This document shows positions 9,529-17,863 of a stretch of 64,000 nt of DNA, one piece after another (positions within the stretch are counted from its first letter, which is position 1; each line of letters opens with the position of its first letter). Source of the stretch: Candidatus Dormiibacterota bacterium (GTDB lineage: Bacteria > Chloroflexota > Dormibacteria > Aeolococcales > Aeolococcaceae); contig JAFARE010000029.1 in NCBI GenBank assembly GCA_019245575.1, positions 4,158-68,157 of the forward strand, given 5' to 3'. Made by a program: the position numbers and the translations under genes. Under the pieces are notes generated by a model, which was not told the origin of the DNA, made no database searches, and was given only the letters and a program-made list of their open reading frames with translations.

Positions 9529-10847
9529 TCCCCGCGCTGCCCGCGGCGGAGCTGGAGCCGCTCTGCAACCCAGCGCTTGCAGCACGCCTTCCCACACTCG
9601 CCGCCGCCATGGACGCAGCGACGATGGCGCAGCACCTGCAGCGGGCGCTCTTCTCCGGCTCGCCGTCGCGCGTCATTGCGTGCGGCCGGCCGCGTGCCGT
9701 GCTTGACGGCGACAGCTGCGCGCTGCAGTACCCGGTCACGCTGCTGGGGAGCGACGGCGCCGCGCTGCAGCTTCCCGTCCTTGCCGAGGTCTTCGCCACA
9801 GCAGAGGCCGCGCGGGACATGCACGACACGCTGCTCGGCCCCTTGAGCGAGGAGTGGGGCCGCATCGACATTGCCCAGCTGACGTGGAGCGCCGCGCTCG
9901 GCGAGCTGCGCATGGCGTGCAGCGTCTTCCCGGTCAGCGCGGCCCTGCCCCAGCTGGTGCGCGTCCTGGCGCCGGGATACCTCGACGCCCTGCTGCAGTC
10001 TTCGCTGCGCGACACGGAGATCCGCGTGGAGTCCGATGAGCTCGTGGTCTTGCGCCGCACCCGCGGCTGCGTGCTGCGCGTGCGCATCGAGGGACGAGAG
10101 CCACGCACCGCATATGCCAAGGTCGGGTACGCCGCCTACGGAGGCGCTGCCGCGGATGCGCTCGCGCAGCTGCGGAGCGGGCCGGTCACGCCTGCGCTCC
10201 GCCTGCCCGAGGTGCTCGGACGTGACGATGCGCTCGACGTCACGGTGCTGGCGGAGCTGCCAGGCACCCGCCCAGATCTGCGCACAGATGCCGAGCAGAT
10301 GGTCGGCGCGGCGGCGCGTTGCGCCGCCCTGCTGCACGCGTCACGCGTCGAGGGAGCGCCGCATCGCACGCTGCATGACGAGGTTGCGCGAGCGAGCGAC
10401 GCCGTGGACCGTGTGGCCCCCTATGCGCCGGCGGTGAGCTCGTGGCTGCGCGACGTGCTGCACGACGCGGAGTCCGCCGCGGGTGGCGGAGAAGAGGCGC
10501 CGGTGTTCTGCCACGGCGACCTCGCGCCGTCACAGGTGCTGCTGCACGAAGGCGTGCCCGCCATCCTCGACTTCGACAAGTGCTGCAGCGCCGAGCCCGC
10601 GCTGGACCTCGGCCGCTACCTCGCGTATCTCCGATTCGCGCTGGCCAAAGCCGGCGACCCGCGATCCGATCCGCTGGCGAAGGGATTCCTGCGCACATAC
10701 GAAACAGCCGGTGGGACGGTCCCACCGGCCGCTCGTCTGGCCGCCTACGAGACGGTTGCGCTGGTGCGCATGGCCGCTCGCAGCTGGCTGCAGCTCAAGC
10801 CGCAGCGGCTGCGACTGGCCTGCGACGTCATCGCACGGAGGTTGTGA
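9525..10847 (+). CDS. APH-like phosphotransferase family protein (HGD intact); paralogue of 7337-8692
   Basis: YAKVGY, ALLH, CHGDLAPSQV, ILDFD, EPALDLGRYLAYL, SWLQLK. Confidence 0.83.
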   Translation: MIPALPAAELEPLCNPALAARLPTLAAAMDAATMAQHLQRALFSGSPSRVIACGRPRAVLDGDSCALQYPVTLLGSDGAALQLPVLAEVFATAEAARDMHDTLLGPLSEEWGRIDIAQLTWSAALGELRMACSVFPVSAALPQLVRVLAPGYLDALLQSSLRDTEIRVESDELVVLRRTRGCVLRVRIEGREPRTAYAKVGYAAYGGAAADALAQLRSGPVTPALRLPEVLGRDDALDVTVLAELPGTRPDLRTDAEQMVGAAARCAALLHASRVEGAPHRTLHDEVARASDAVDRVAPYAPAVSSWLRDVLHDAESAAGGGEEAPVFCHGDLAPSQVLLHEGVPAILDFDKCCSAEPALDLGRYLAYLRFALAKAGDPRSDPLAKGFLRTYETAGGTVPPAARLAAYETVALVRMAARSWLQLKPQRLRLACDVIARRL

Positions 10848-11658
10848 ACGTCGTCCCGCCGCCCAGTCCGGCGCACTGGCCGTCGGTCTCACTGACGATG
10901 TTCGGCTCCGAACCGAAGTCGTCGTTCACCGCGGGCGTGCCCATGTCCCACTCGTCATTGCGGCAGGTGAGCTCGTCGCCGATCTGGTTCGATTCGAGCT
11001 CGATGAACTCGTTGACCACGTCGACGTTCTTCACCGACACCGAGCCGCCGATCGTGTTGTACGAGATCTCCACGCGGTTGACGTCATCGCTGTTGAGCAC
11101 CCAGACGTCGCCGCTGATCATGTTGGGCGACTCGCAGGTCAGGTCGGGGTCGTTGTTGCCGCCGCCCGAGTAGTCGTAGTCCTCGGTCTCGCCGTTGGCG
11201 ACGCCCTCCGCGAGCGTCGGCTCGCCGATGACCCACGTCCCGCTCTTCAGGTTCTTGAGGATCACGTCGCCGCCCACGGTGGAACCGCAGATGAAGCCGC
11301 CGAAGGCGCCGCCGGCCGTGCCGTCGACGATGAAGTCACCGCCGATCGAAGTGCTGGCCTCGATGTTCACCTGCGTCGGGTTCTTGGCGAAGAGCGAGCC
11401 GCCGATGCTGGTGCCATCGCGGGTGAACAGCTTTGCCGCCTTGTCCACCTTGACATCGCCGCTGATCGACCAGCCGTGGATGTGACACACCGCACCGGGC
11501 GGCACCTCCAGGTTCCCGGTCACGTTGCCGTTGACCGGGAAGTTCGTGTCGTCGCACTTGGTCACGGTGGCCGCGGCCGCGCGCGGGCCGCTCAATGCCA
11601 ATCCCCCGGCGACGACAAGAATCGATGCCGCGCCGAACGCGGCCTTCCTCACCCTCAT
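10828..11658 (-). CDS. Secreted acidic protein with repeated I-[SG]-G-[DS]-V motifs (beta-solenoid-like)
   Basis: Signal-peptide-like N-terminus ending AAAA; repeats ISGDVKV, IGGSLFA, IGGDFIV, VGGDVIL, ISGDVWV, IGGSVSV; purine-rich RBS upstream. Confidence 0.75.
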   Translation of the reverse strand: MRVRKAAFGAASILVVAGGLALSGPRAAAATVTKCDDTNFPVNGNVTGNLEVPPGAVCHIHGWSISGDVKVDKAAKLFTRDGTSIGGSLFAKNPTQVNIEASTSIGGDFIVDGTAGGAFGGFICGSTVGGDVILKNLKSGTWVIGEPTLAEGVANGETEDYDYSGGGNNDPDLTCESPNMISGDVWVLNSDDVNRVEISYNTIGGSVSVKNVDVVNEFIELESNQIGDELTCRNDEWDMGTPAVNDDFGSEPNIVSETDGQCAGLGGGTTFTTSVR

Positions 11659-11684
11659 GGCCTTACCCCCCTCTCAGGTATGGG

Positions 11685-11721
11685 AAAACGGTGCAGCGAC
11701 GATAACACCGCCGCTGCACCG
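11685..11721 (-). terminator. Intrinsic terminator after the MFS gene
   Basis: 10-bp stem CGGTGCAGCG/CGCTGCACCG followed by TTTT on the minus strand. Confidence 0.6.
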
Positions 11722-11734
11722 ATTTGTGGGCTCG

Positions 11735-13156
11735 TCAGGCGGCGTCCACCAGCGGCGCGACACCGAACGTGACCTCCGGTTCCGCCGCAACGTGCGCGCG
11801 CCGGCCGGGCACGAGCAGGGCGACGAGGGCGCCGACGCCGAGGACGCCTGCACCGACGAACGCCGCGGGCTGAAGGCCGGCGACGAACTGCTGCGCTGAG
11901 GCGAAGCCACCCGCGTGGCTGAAGACCGTGGCCAGCACGGCGACGCCGAACACGCCGCCCACCTCGCGGATGGCGCTGTTCGCGCCCGACGCCTGGCCCG
12001 CCTCGTGCGGCCGCACCGCGGACAGCACGGCGTTGGCGGATGGCGCGAACACCAATGCCATGCCGGCGCCGGCGAGCATGAACGGCGGGATCAGCACCGC
12101 GTACGGCGTTGCCGGGCCGAGCAGCGCGGCGATCCACGTGATGGCGATTGCCTGCAGGGCCAGCCCGGCGAACATCAGCGGGCGGCTGCCGACGCGATCC
12201 GAGAGCACGCCTGCGATGGGCGCGACCACCATCGGCATCGCGGTCCACGGCAGCGTGCGGATGCCCGCGCCCAGCGCCGAGTAGTGCTGCGCGGTCTGGA
12301 AGAACTGGGCCAGCAGGAAGATGGAGCCGAACATCCCGAAGTACATCGCGTAGGACACGCCGTTGGTTGCTGAGAAGGCGCGGTTCCGGAAGAAGCGCAG
12401 CGGCAGCATCGGCGCCGGGCTGCGGCGCTCCCAGAGCGCGAACGCCACGAGCAGGGCTGCGCCGCCGAGGAGCGCGCCCATCACCGTCGCGCTGCCCCAG
12501 CCCAGCGCGTTGGCGCGCACGAGGCCGTACACGATGCCGAAGAGGCCGGCCGTGGCAAGCAGGATGCCGGGGATGTCGAAGCGCCGGTTGCTGCCAAAGC
12601 TTTCCGAAAGCCGTGCGTACGCGAGTGGCGCCACAACGATGCCCACCGGCACGTTGAGCCAGAAGATCCAGTGCCACGAGATGCCGCTCACCACGGCGCC
12701 GCCGATGACTGGCCCCAGCGCGACACCCAGGCCGCTGATGCCCGACCATACGCCGAGCGCGACGCCGCGCCGGCCCGCGGGGAACGCCTCGGAGAGCAGC
12801 GTCAGGGTCAGGGGCATGACGACCGCGCCGCCCGCACCCTGCACGGCGCGAGCCACGATCAGCGCGGTTGCGCTGGGCGCGAGCGCAGCCGCGGCCGAAC
12901 CGAGGGTGAACAGCGACAGCCCGGCAATGAACATGCGCCGCCGTCCGAAGCGGTCGCCCAGCGCTGCGCCCGTGAGCAGCAGCACCGCAAAGCTCAGCGT
13001 GTATGCGTTCACCGTCCACTCGAGCGTGTCGAGCCCGGCGTGCAGCTCCATGCGGATGCTGGGCAGCGCCGTGGTCACCACGAGGTTGTCCAGCGTGACC
13101 ATGAAGAGCGCCACGGAGACCAGCGCCAGGGTCCAACCGGTTCGCGTCCGAGGCAT
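11735..13156 (-). CDS. MFS drug efflux transporter, DHA2 (EmrB/QacA) family
   Basis: Start MPRTRTGW with RBS AAGGAG; LDNLVVTTALP, GALGDRFGRRR-type motif A, WHWIFWLNVPVG; many hydrophobic segments. Confidence 0.93.
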   Translation of the reverse strand: MPRTRTGWTLALVSVALFMVTLDNLVVTTALPSIRMELHAGLDTLEWTVNAYTLSFAVLLLTGAALGDRFGRRRMFIAGLSLFTLGSAAAALAPSATALIVARAVQGAGGAVVMPLTLTLLSEAFPAGRRGVALGVWSGISGLGVALGPVIGGAVVSGISWHWIFWLNVPVGIVVAPLAYARLSESFGSNRRFDIPGILLATAGLFGIVYGLVRANALGWGSATVMGALLGGAALLVAFALWERRSPAPMLPLRFFRNRAFSATNGVSYAMYFGMFGSIFLLAQFFQTAQHYSALGAGIRTLPWTAMPMVVAPIAGVLSDRVGSRPLMFAGLALQAIAITWIAALLGPATPYAVLIPPFMLAGAGMALVFAPSANAVLSAVRPHEAGQASGANSAIREVGGVFGVAVLATVFSHAGGFASAQQFVAGLQPAAFVGAGVLGVGALVALLVPGRRAHVAAEPEVTFGVAPLVDAA

Positions 13157-13170
13157 CGTTCTCGCTCCTT

Positions 13171-13188
13171 TTATTGATGGATTTATAA
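13171..13188. promoter_or_regulatory. Putative TetR operator 1 (TTATTGATGGATTTATAA)
   Basis: AT-rich imperfect palindrome just upstream of the MFS RBS; matches a second site upstream of tetR. Confidence 0.65.
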
Positions 13189-13218
13189 GTTGCTGATGCA
13201 AAAAAAATTGGCCTGTGC

Positions 13219-13782
13219 TCAGGCGTCCGCCGCGGCCGCGCCGGCCTTCGCTTCCCACAGCGGCGCGCAGATCTCGGGGAGCTCTAGGGCCGTGGTCACG
13301 TTGGCCAGCATGCCGCCCGCGAAGAACAGCGCCACCTCCTCCGCCGTGGCGCCGCTCCAGCGGGCGATGTCGTCGGCCAGCGCCTTGAACCCGCGCGCAA
13401 CGTGCCGCCGGATCTCGGGGTCGCCCGCCGCGGCATAGGCCTGCAGCTGGCAGAGCAGCGCGAAGCGGTCCGAGATCAGCGCGGGGTAGCTCATGCCCAT
13501 CCGATCCAGGGCGTCCTGCGGGTTCTGCGCCCCGCGCACCGCATCCCGGAAGGTCGCGCGGATGCGCCCCTGCACGCGGTCGTGCACGGCGAGGAACAGG
13601 TCCTGCTTGCTGGGAAACAGGGCGTAGATGTAGGGCTGGCTGATGCCGGCGCGCTTGGCGATGGCCGCCGTGCTGGCCGCGGCGTAGCCGGCCTCGGCGA
13701 ACTCGCGGATGGCCGCTTCGAGCACCTGCTCGCGGCGCTCCTCCGCGCTGCGCCTGGTCTGGACGGCGGTCGCCGGTGTCAT
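13219..13782 (-). CDS. TetR/AcrR family transcriptional regulator
   Basis: RREQVLEAAIREFAEAGYAAASTAAIAKRAGISQPYIYALFPSKQDL helix-turn-helix; start MTPATAVQ. Confidence 0.93.
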   Translation of the reverse strand: MTPATAVQTRRSAEERREQVLEAAIREFAEAGYAAASTAAIAKRAGISQPYIYALFPSKQDLFLAVHDRVQGRIRATFRDAVRGAQNPQDALDRMGMSYPALISDRFALLCQLQAYAAAGDPEIRRHVARGFKALADDIARWSGATAEEVALFFAGGMLANVTTALELPEICAPLWEAKAGAAAADA

Positions 13783-13793
13783 GTCGCCGCTGA

Positions 13794-13811
13794 TTATTGA
13801 TCGACCTATCA
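13794..13811. promoter_or_regulatory. Putative TetR operator 2 (TTATTGATCGACCTATCA)
   Basis: Shares TTATTGAT-GA--TAT-A with 13171-13188; imperfect palindrome just upstream of the tetR start. Confidence 0.65.
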
Positions 13812-13881
13812 CAAGATGTCCAAGCCCTTCCCGGCGGCCTCTGCCTGTGCGAGTTGGAACCTGCCCTAGACTCCGCCGCCG

Positions 13882-14643
13882 ATGCCCGAGCCCCTCGCGC
13901 CACCGCCGCCACCACCACCGGGCGACGAGGCCGCCGAGGCGGTCGCCGCGGTCGAGGCGGCCGAGGCGCGGGAGGGCGAGCCGCAGGACCGCTTCCGGAC
14001 GCGCGTGGCGATCGCCATCGCCGTGGTGTCGATCCTCGGCGCCGTGGTGGCCTTCACCGGCACGCTCGCAGGTCAGTCCGCCACCGAGCTGGACCAGTCC
14101 GGCATCGAGGACACCTCGACGCAGCAGCAGGTCATCACAAACCTGAGCGGCACCGTGGACGAGGACCTGCGCAACCTCGCGCCCTACCAGGAGGACCTCA
14201 AGGCAGCCGACATCCTGCAGTCGCAGGCGGCCACGCTGGACAACACCGATCCCTCTGCGGCCGCGCAGCTGCGAGCCCAGGCGCAGTCCTACAAGGTCCT
14301 TGCGCGGACCCGCGAGCAGTTCTTCCGCGGGGCGATCCCCGCCCCCGGCGCCAGCGGCGCGCCGGTGCAGTACGACCCGGTGGCCACGCTGCACCGCCTC
14401 GAAGCGGAGAACGAGCAGCTGAGCGAGCTCCGCCCTGACGCCACGCTGGCGCAGGCGGACGCCAAGCACGCCCAGGGCGTGAACCTCGTCGGGCTCGTGA
14501 CGCTCTTCATCGCCGCGCTGCTGTTCCTCACGCTGGCGCAGTTCACGCGGCCGGCCATACGCCGCCTCTTCGCCGCTGCGGGCGGCGCCACCGCGCTGGT
14601 CGCGCTCGTACTCTGGATCGTGGTGCTGGTGACCGGCGGATGA
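13882..14643 (+). CDS. Membrane protein, DUF4337-like architecture (TM, helical extracytoplasmic region, two TM)
   Basis: Hydrophobic segments VAIAIAVVSILGAVVAF, LVGLVTLFIAALLFL, ATALVALVLWIVVL; TAGACT -10 upstream. Confidence 0.7.
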   Translation: MPEPLAPPPPPPPGDEAAEAVAAVEAAEAREGEPQDRFRTRVAIAIAVVSILGAVVAFTGTLAGQSATELDQSGIEDTSTQQQVITNLSGTVDEDLRNLAPYQEDLKAADILQSQAATLDNTDPSAAAQLRAQAQSYKVLARTREQFFRGAIPAPGASGAPVQYDPVATLHRLEAENEQLSELRPDATLAQADAKHAQGVNLVGLVTLFIAALLFLTLAQFTRPAIRRLFAAAGGATALVALVLWIVVLVTGG

Positions 14644-16943
14644 TGAAGCCGCCGGAGCGTGTGGAGATCCCCGAGGCGGAGGATCTGCGCCGCGAGCGCT
14701 TCGCGCGCATCCTCGCGGTTCTGATCGTCATCGCGACGCTGGGTGTGGCGTCCGTCGAGTACCTGCACTCCGTCGCCGAGAAGAACGCGGACGCTGCCGG
14801 CGTCGAGGCGCAGACGCAGAGCATCCAGCGCCAGGGCGACCTCGTGCGCGCGCAGGATGCGGCCCACGCGCAGATCGACATCTACGCGCATCAGCAGCAG
14901 CAGCGCGCCGCCCAGGGCAACGCGTTTCAGGAGTACCTCGCCCCCAGCGTGGCGCAGGGGTCGACGCAGGCGCAGGTGCTGCAGGACGAGGAGAACCGCT
15001 GGTCCACGCTGGCGTCGCTCACCGGCGACCTCACCAGCATCAAGCCGAACACCGCGACCAGCCCGCAGAACGACACGGCATTCCCCAACGTGCTGTTCAG
15101 CCAGAGCGAGCGCGACGCTGACAGGTTGTTCGCGCTGCTCGACGCGCAGAACCAGCTGCGCAGCGACTGGCTGGGCCGCGCCGGCCTGCTGTCGGTGATC
15201 CTCACGCTCCTGGCCGTGGCGATCTACCTCTTCGGTCTGTCGCTCACGTTGCAGGCCGCTGTGCGGCGCTGGCTGGTGGGCCTCGGCGTCGTGCTCGTGG
15301 TGGTCGGCGGTCTGGCCACCATCGTGCTGCAGTTCGGCAACCCCGGCGCGCCACCCGACGCGGCCGCCGACGCGTACTCCGAGGGCGTGTACGCGCTGAA
15401 CACGTTCTACACAAAGCCCGGCGACGCGGGCCTGCGCGACGCGTACACCGCGTTCACCAAGGCGATCCAGCTTCGCCCTCGCTTCGCCCAGGCATACCTG
15501 CAGCGCTCGCAGGTGCAATTCCTGCTCGGCTCACCGCAGCGTCAGGCGGAGTTCGCAGACATCACGACCGCGTCGGCCCTGCAGGCGCAGGGCAGCGACC
15601 TGCAGCAGGCCTATGACCTCGGCCTGCGCGACAAGCTGCTGCTCAACAACCTCGCCGCCAACCAGCTGCTGCTGGGCATCACGCAGAGCCAGTCAGGCCG
15701 CTACGGCGACGCAGTCACGAACCTCGACGCCGCGCTGGCGCTGGACTCGAACGATCCGCTGCTCTATTACAACAAGGGGCTCGCGCTCCTGGCGCAGGGC
15801 AAGAGCAGCCAGGCGCAGCAGGCGTATCACGATGCAGTGGCGCACACCGTGTACATCGACGTCGCGCACCGCGTCGCCCGAGGCGACCCGGCGACGGAGG
15901 AGAACTACGTCGGCGGAGCGCTGTCATCGCTCGACCTGCTCGCCGCCCACCATTCCGGCCTGGCAGCGCAGGTGAAGGCGGCGAAGGAGATGATCGTCGC
16001 CGGTGTGACGAGCCCGAACGCGACGCCCGGCGCGGCGCCGACGTTCAAGATGAGCGCGATCGACGTCTTCCCAGCGGAGCTGCAGTGGAGCGCGCAGATC
16101 GACGGCGTGGACCTCAGCGCCAAGACCACGACCGTCTCGACGCAGTGGTACTACCAGGATCCGCACAAGCTCGGATGGTCGGTGATCCCCGCACTCTCAG
16201 GCCCGTCGGCGGCTGCGACCAGCGGCGTGACGGTGGACAACGCCGTGTACCAGGACACGTGCTCCACTTGCGCGGCGGACGAGTACTTCCTGATCAACAG
16301 CTCGCTCAAGGCGTCGGGACAGTGCCTGCAGCCGGGCCAGTACCGCGCCGAGGTGTACATCAACGGGCATCTCGCCGGCAACGGCACGAGCGACGGCAGC
16401 AGCCAGACATTGCAGTCGCAGGTGTTCAGCGACCTGGGCATGGACTTCTGCCACCCGGTTGGATGGACGGAGGACACCACCAACACGACCACGGGCTTCT
16501 CCGGCGGTTTCACCACCAAGGACGGCAGCTCAGGCGCGTACTTCGTACGCTTCCAGAATCCCGAGGTCTCGCCGGGGACCAGCGCCGCCACGGAAGCGCA
16601 GAGCTTCCGCGACGAGATGCTGAGCGTCTTCGCCTCGGTGCTGCCCAGCGACGCGGGCACGCCGGCGGTGGACTGCGGCACCAACAGCAACGGCACCAAC
16701 ACGCTGCCGTGGGGGCCCACCCTCGACTCCAGCTGCAACCGCACCGACGCGTTCTTCCTCGGTCTGACCGGCGCCACGGAGACCTGGTACACGTACAACG
16801 GCGGCGAGCTGCACATCGGCACCGGTGTCACCGGCGACGGCGCGGTGCTGGGCGCCTTCACGTTCGGTCCGAGCAGCCAGTGGCAGGCGTCGGGCGAACC
16901 GCTGCCGGACGTGGTGTTCGACTCGATCGTCTTCACCGGGTAG
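14640..16943 (+). CDS. Membrane protein with a similar N-terminal module, TPR-like repeats and a Ser/Thr/Gly-rich C-terminal region
   Basis: ATGA overlap; TPR-like AFTKAIQLRPRFAQAYLQRS and LDAALALDSNDPLLYYNKGLALLAQG. Confidence 0.75.
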   Translation: MMKPPERVEIPEAEDLRRERFARILAVLIVIATLGVASVEYLHSVAEKNADAAGVEAQTQSIQRQGDLVRAQDAAHAQIDIYAHQQQQRAAQGNAFQEYLAPSVAQGSTQAQVLQDEENRWSTLASLTGDLTSIKPNTATSPQNDTAFPNVLFSQSERDADRLFALLDAQNQLRSDWLGRAGLLSVILTLLAVAIYLFGLSLTLQAAVRRWLVGLGVVLVVVGGLATIVLQFGNPGAPPDAAADAYSEGVYALNTFYTKPGDAGLRDAYTAFTKAIQLRPRFAQAYLQRSQVQFLLGSPQRQAEFADITTASALQAQGSDLQQAYDLGLRDKLLLNNLAANQLLLGITQSQSGRYGDAVTNLDAALALDSNDPLLYYNKGLALLAQGKSSQAQQAYHDAVAHTVYIDVAHRVARGDPATEENYVGGALSSLDLLAAHHSGLAAQVKAAKEMIVAGVTSPNATPGAAPTFKMSAIDVFPAELQWSAQIDGVDLSAKTTTVSTQWYYQDPHKLGWSVIPALSGPSAAATSGVTVDNAVYQDTCSTCAADEYFLINSSLKASGQCLQPGQYRAEVYINGHLAGNGTSDGSSQTLQSQVFSDLGMDFCHPVGWTEDTTNTTTGFSGGFTTKDGSSGAYFVRFQNPEVSPGTSAATEAQSFRDEMLSVFASVLPSDAGTPAVDCGTNSNGTNTLPWGPTLDSSCNRTDAFFLGLTGATETWYTYNGGELHIGTGVTGDGAVLGAFTFGPSSQWQASGEPLPDVVFDSIVFTG

Positions 16944-16977
16944 CGCATCGTCCGCTGCGCGCGCGCGGCGCCGACGC

Positions 16978-17091
16978 ATGATGGCGCGCATGGAGTGTCC
17001 CGACTGCGGCGCGTGGAACGACGACAGCTCGCAGCAGTTCTGCGGCGAGTGCGGCGCGCTGCTCAACGACGGCGGCGGCCAGGCGAGCTGA
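16978..17091 (+). CDS. Small zinc-ribbon peptide
   Basis: MMARMECPDCGAWNDDSSQQFCGECGALL has two CxxC pairs. Confidence 0.55.
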   Translation: MMARMECPDCGAWNDDSSQQFCGECGALLNDGGGQAS

Positions 17092-17100
17092 CCGCGCGGC

Positions 17101-17751
17101 TCAGCGCGCGGCGGCGGGCGCCTTCACCTGCTGCGACTCGATCCAGCGCTGCAGCGCGTCGCCCGACTCGAAGGAGCTGATCAGCGCGTAGCGCGGCCCG
17201 GGGCCGGGATTGTGCACCACGTGAGCCAGGCGTTCGGTGTCGATGACCAGCTGGCGGCGCGGGTGCAGCTCGATGCGGCTCTCGGTGGACGGGTCGTCCT
17301 TCTGCTCGCGCAGGATGAACGTCGAACCCTGCGGCGCGTTGAGCTCGAGCCACGCGCGCACCACCCAGCCCTCGCCGTCGGGGTTGAGGCGGTTGTTGTC
17401 GTCGACGTGCAGCTGGCGCAGGGCGTCCTCCTCCGGCGACGGGTTGAGCTTGATCACGCGCACGCGGCCGAACCGCGCGCCGACCTGCTCGACGTAGGAG
17501 CAGAGGGTCGGCGCGATCTGCCGGTTCTGCGTCCAGATGCCGTCCTTGTCCGGCTTGCCGTGATCCCAGAAACCCCTGCATTCCATCTGGCCGAGCGCCG
17601 ACGCCAGCGGGGCGAAGTTCGTGTCGCCGCCGGACTTCCAGTCCACGTACTCGAGGCGATCCCACTCCTCGGGCGGGATCGCGGGCCCCTCGTAGTCGCG
17701 CAGGATCACGTACCCCGTGGGGTCGAGAACGTCGAGCTTGCGATGCGCCAT
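17101..17751 (-). CDS. Hypothetical protein, possible Fe(II)/2-oxoglutarate oxygenase (cupin) fold
   Basis: LHVDDNN (HxD), LAHVVHN, RYALI; RBS GGAGGAG. Confidence 0.65.
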   Translation of the reverse strand: MAHRKLDVLDPTGYVILRDYEGPAIPPEEWDRLEYVDWKSGGDTNFAPLASALGQMECRGFWDHGKPDKDGIWTQNRQIAPTLCSYVEQVGARFGRVRVIKLNPSPEEDALRQLHVDDNNRLNPDGEGWVVRAWLELNAPQGSTFILREQKDDPSTESRIELHPRRQLVIDTERLAHVVHNPGPGPRYALISSFESGDALQRWIESQQVKAPAAAR

Positions 17752-17863
17752 GAGGGATGCTCCTCCTCGTTCGCTTACCGATACGACCGGCGTCTCCCGC
17801 CGCTCCTAGGCTACGCCGCCGCCTCCGTCTTGGGTCGCCGGCGACGGCGGCTAAGCTGCCCTG

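Noticed and set aside
2599..10847. Aminoglycoside-resistance island
   Set aside because: The proteins are long, divergent APH-fold members embedded in a biosynthetic operon, most lack the catalytic Asp, and there is no mobile-element context.
11735..13918. 727-aa ORF suggesting an N-terminally extended MFS or a TetR-MFS fusion
   Set aside because: The extension is an off-frame read over tetR; the MFS has its own RBS and start at 13156, and tetR has its own stop at 13219.
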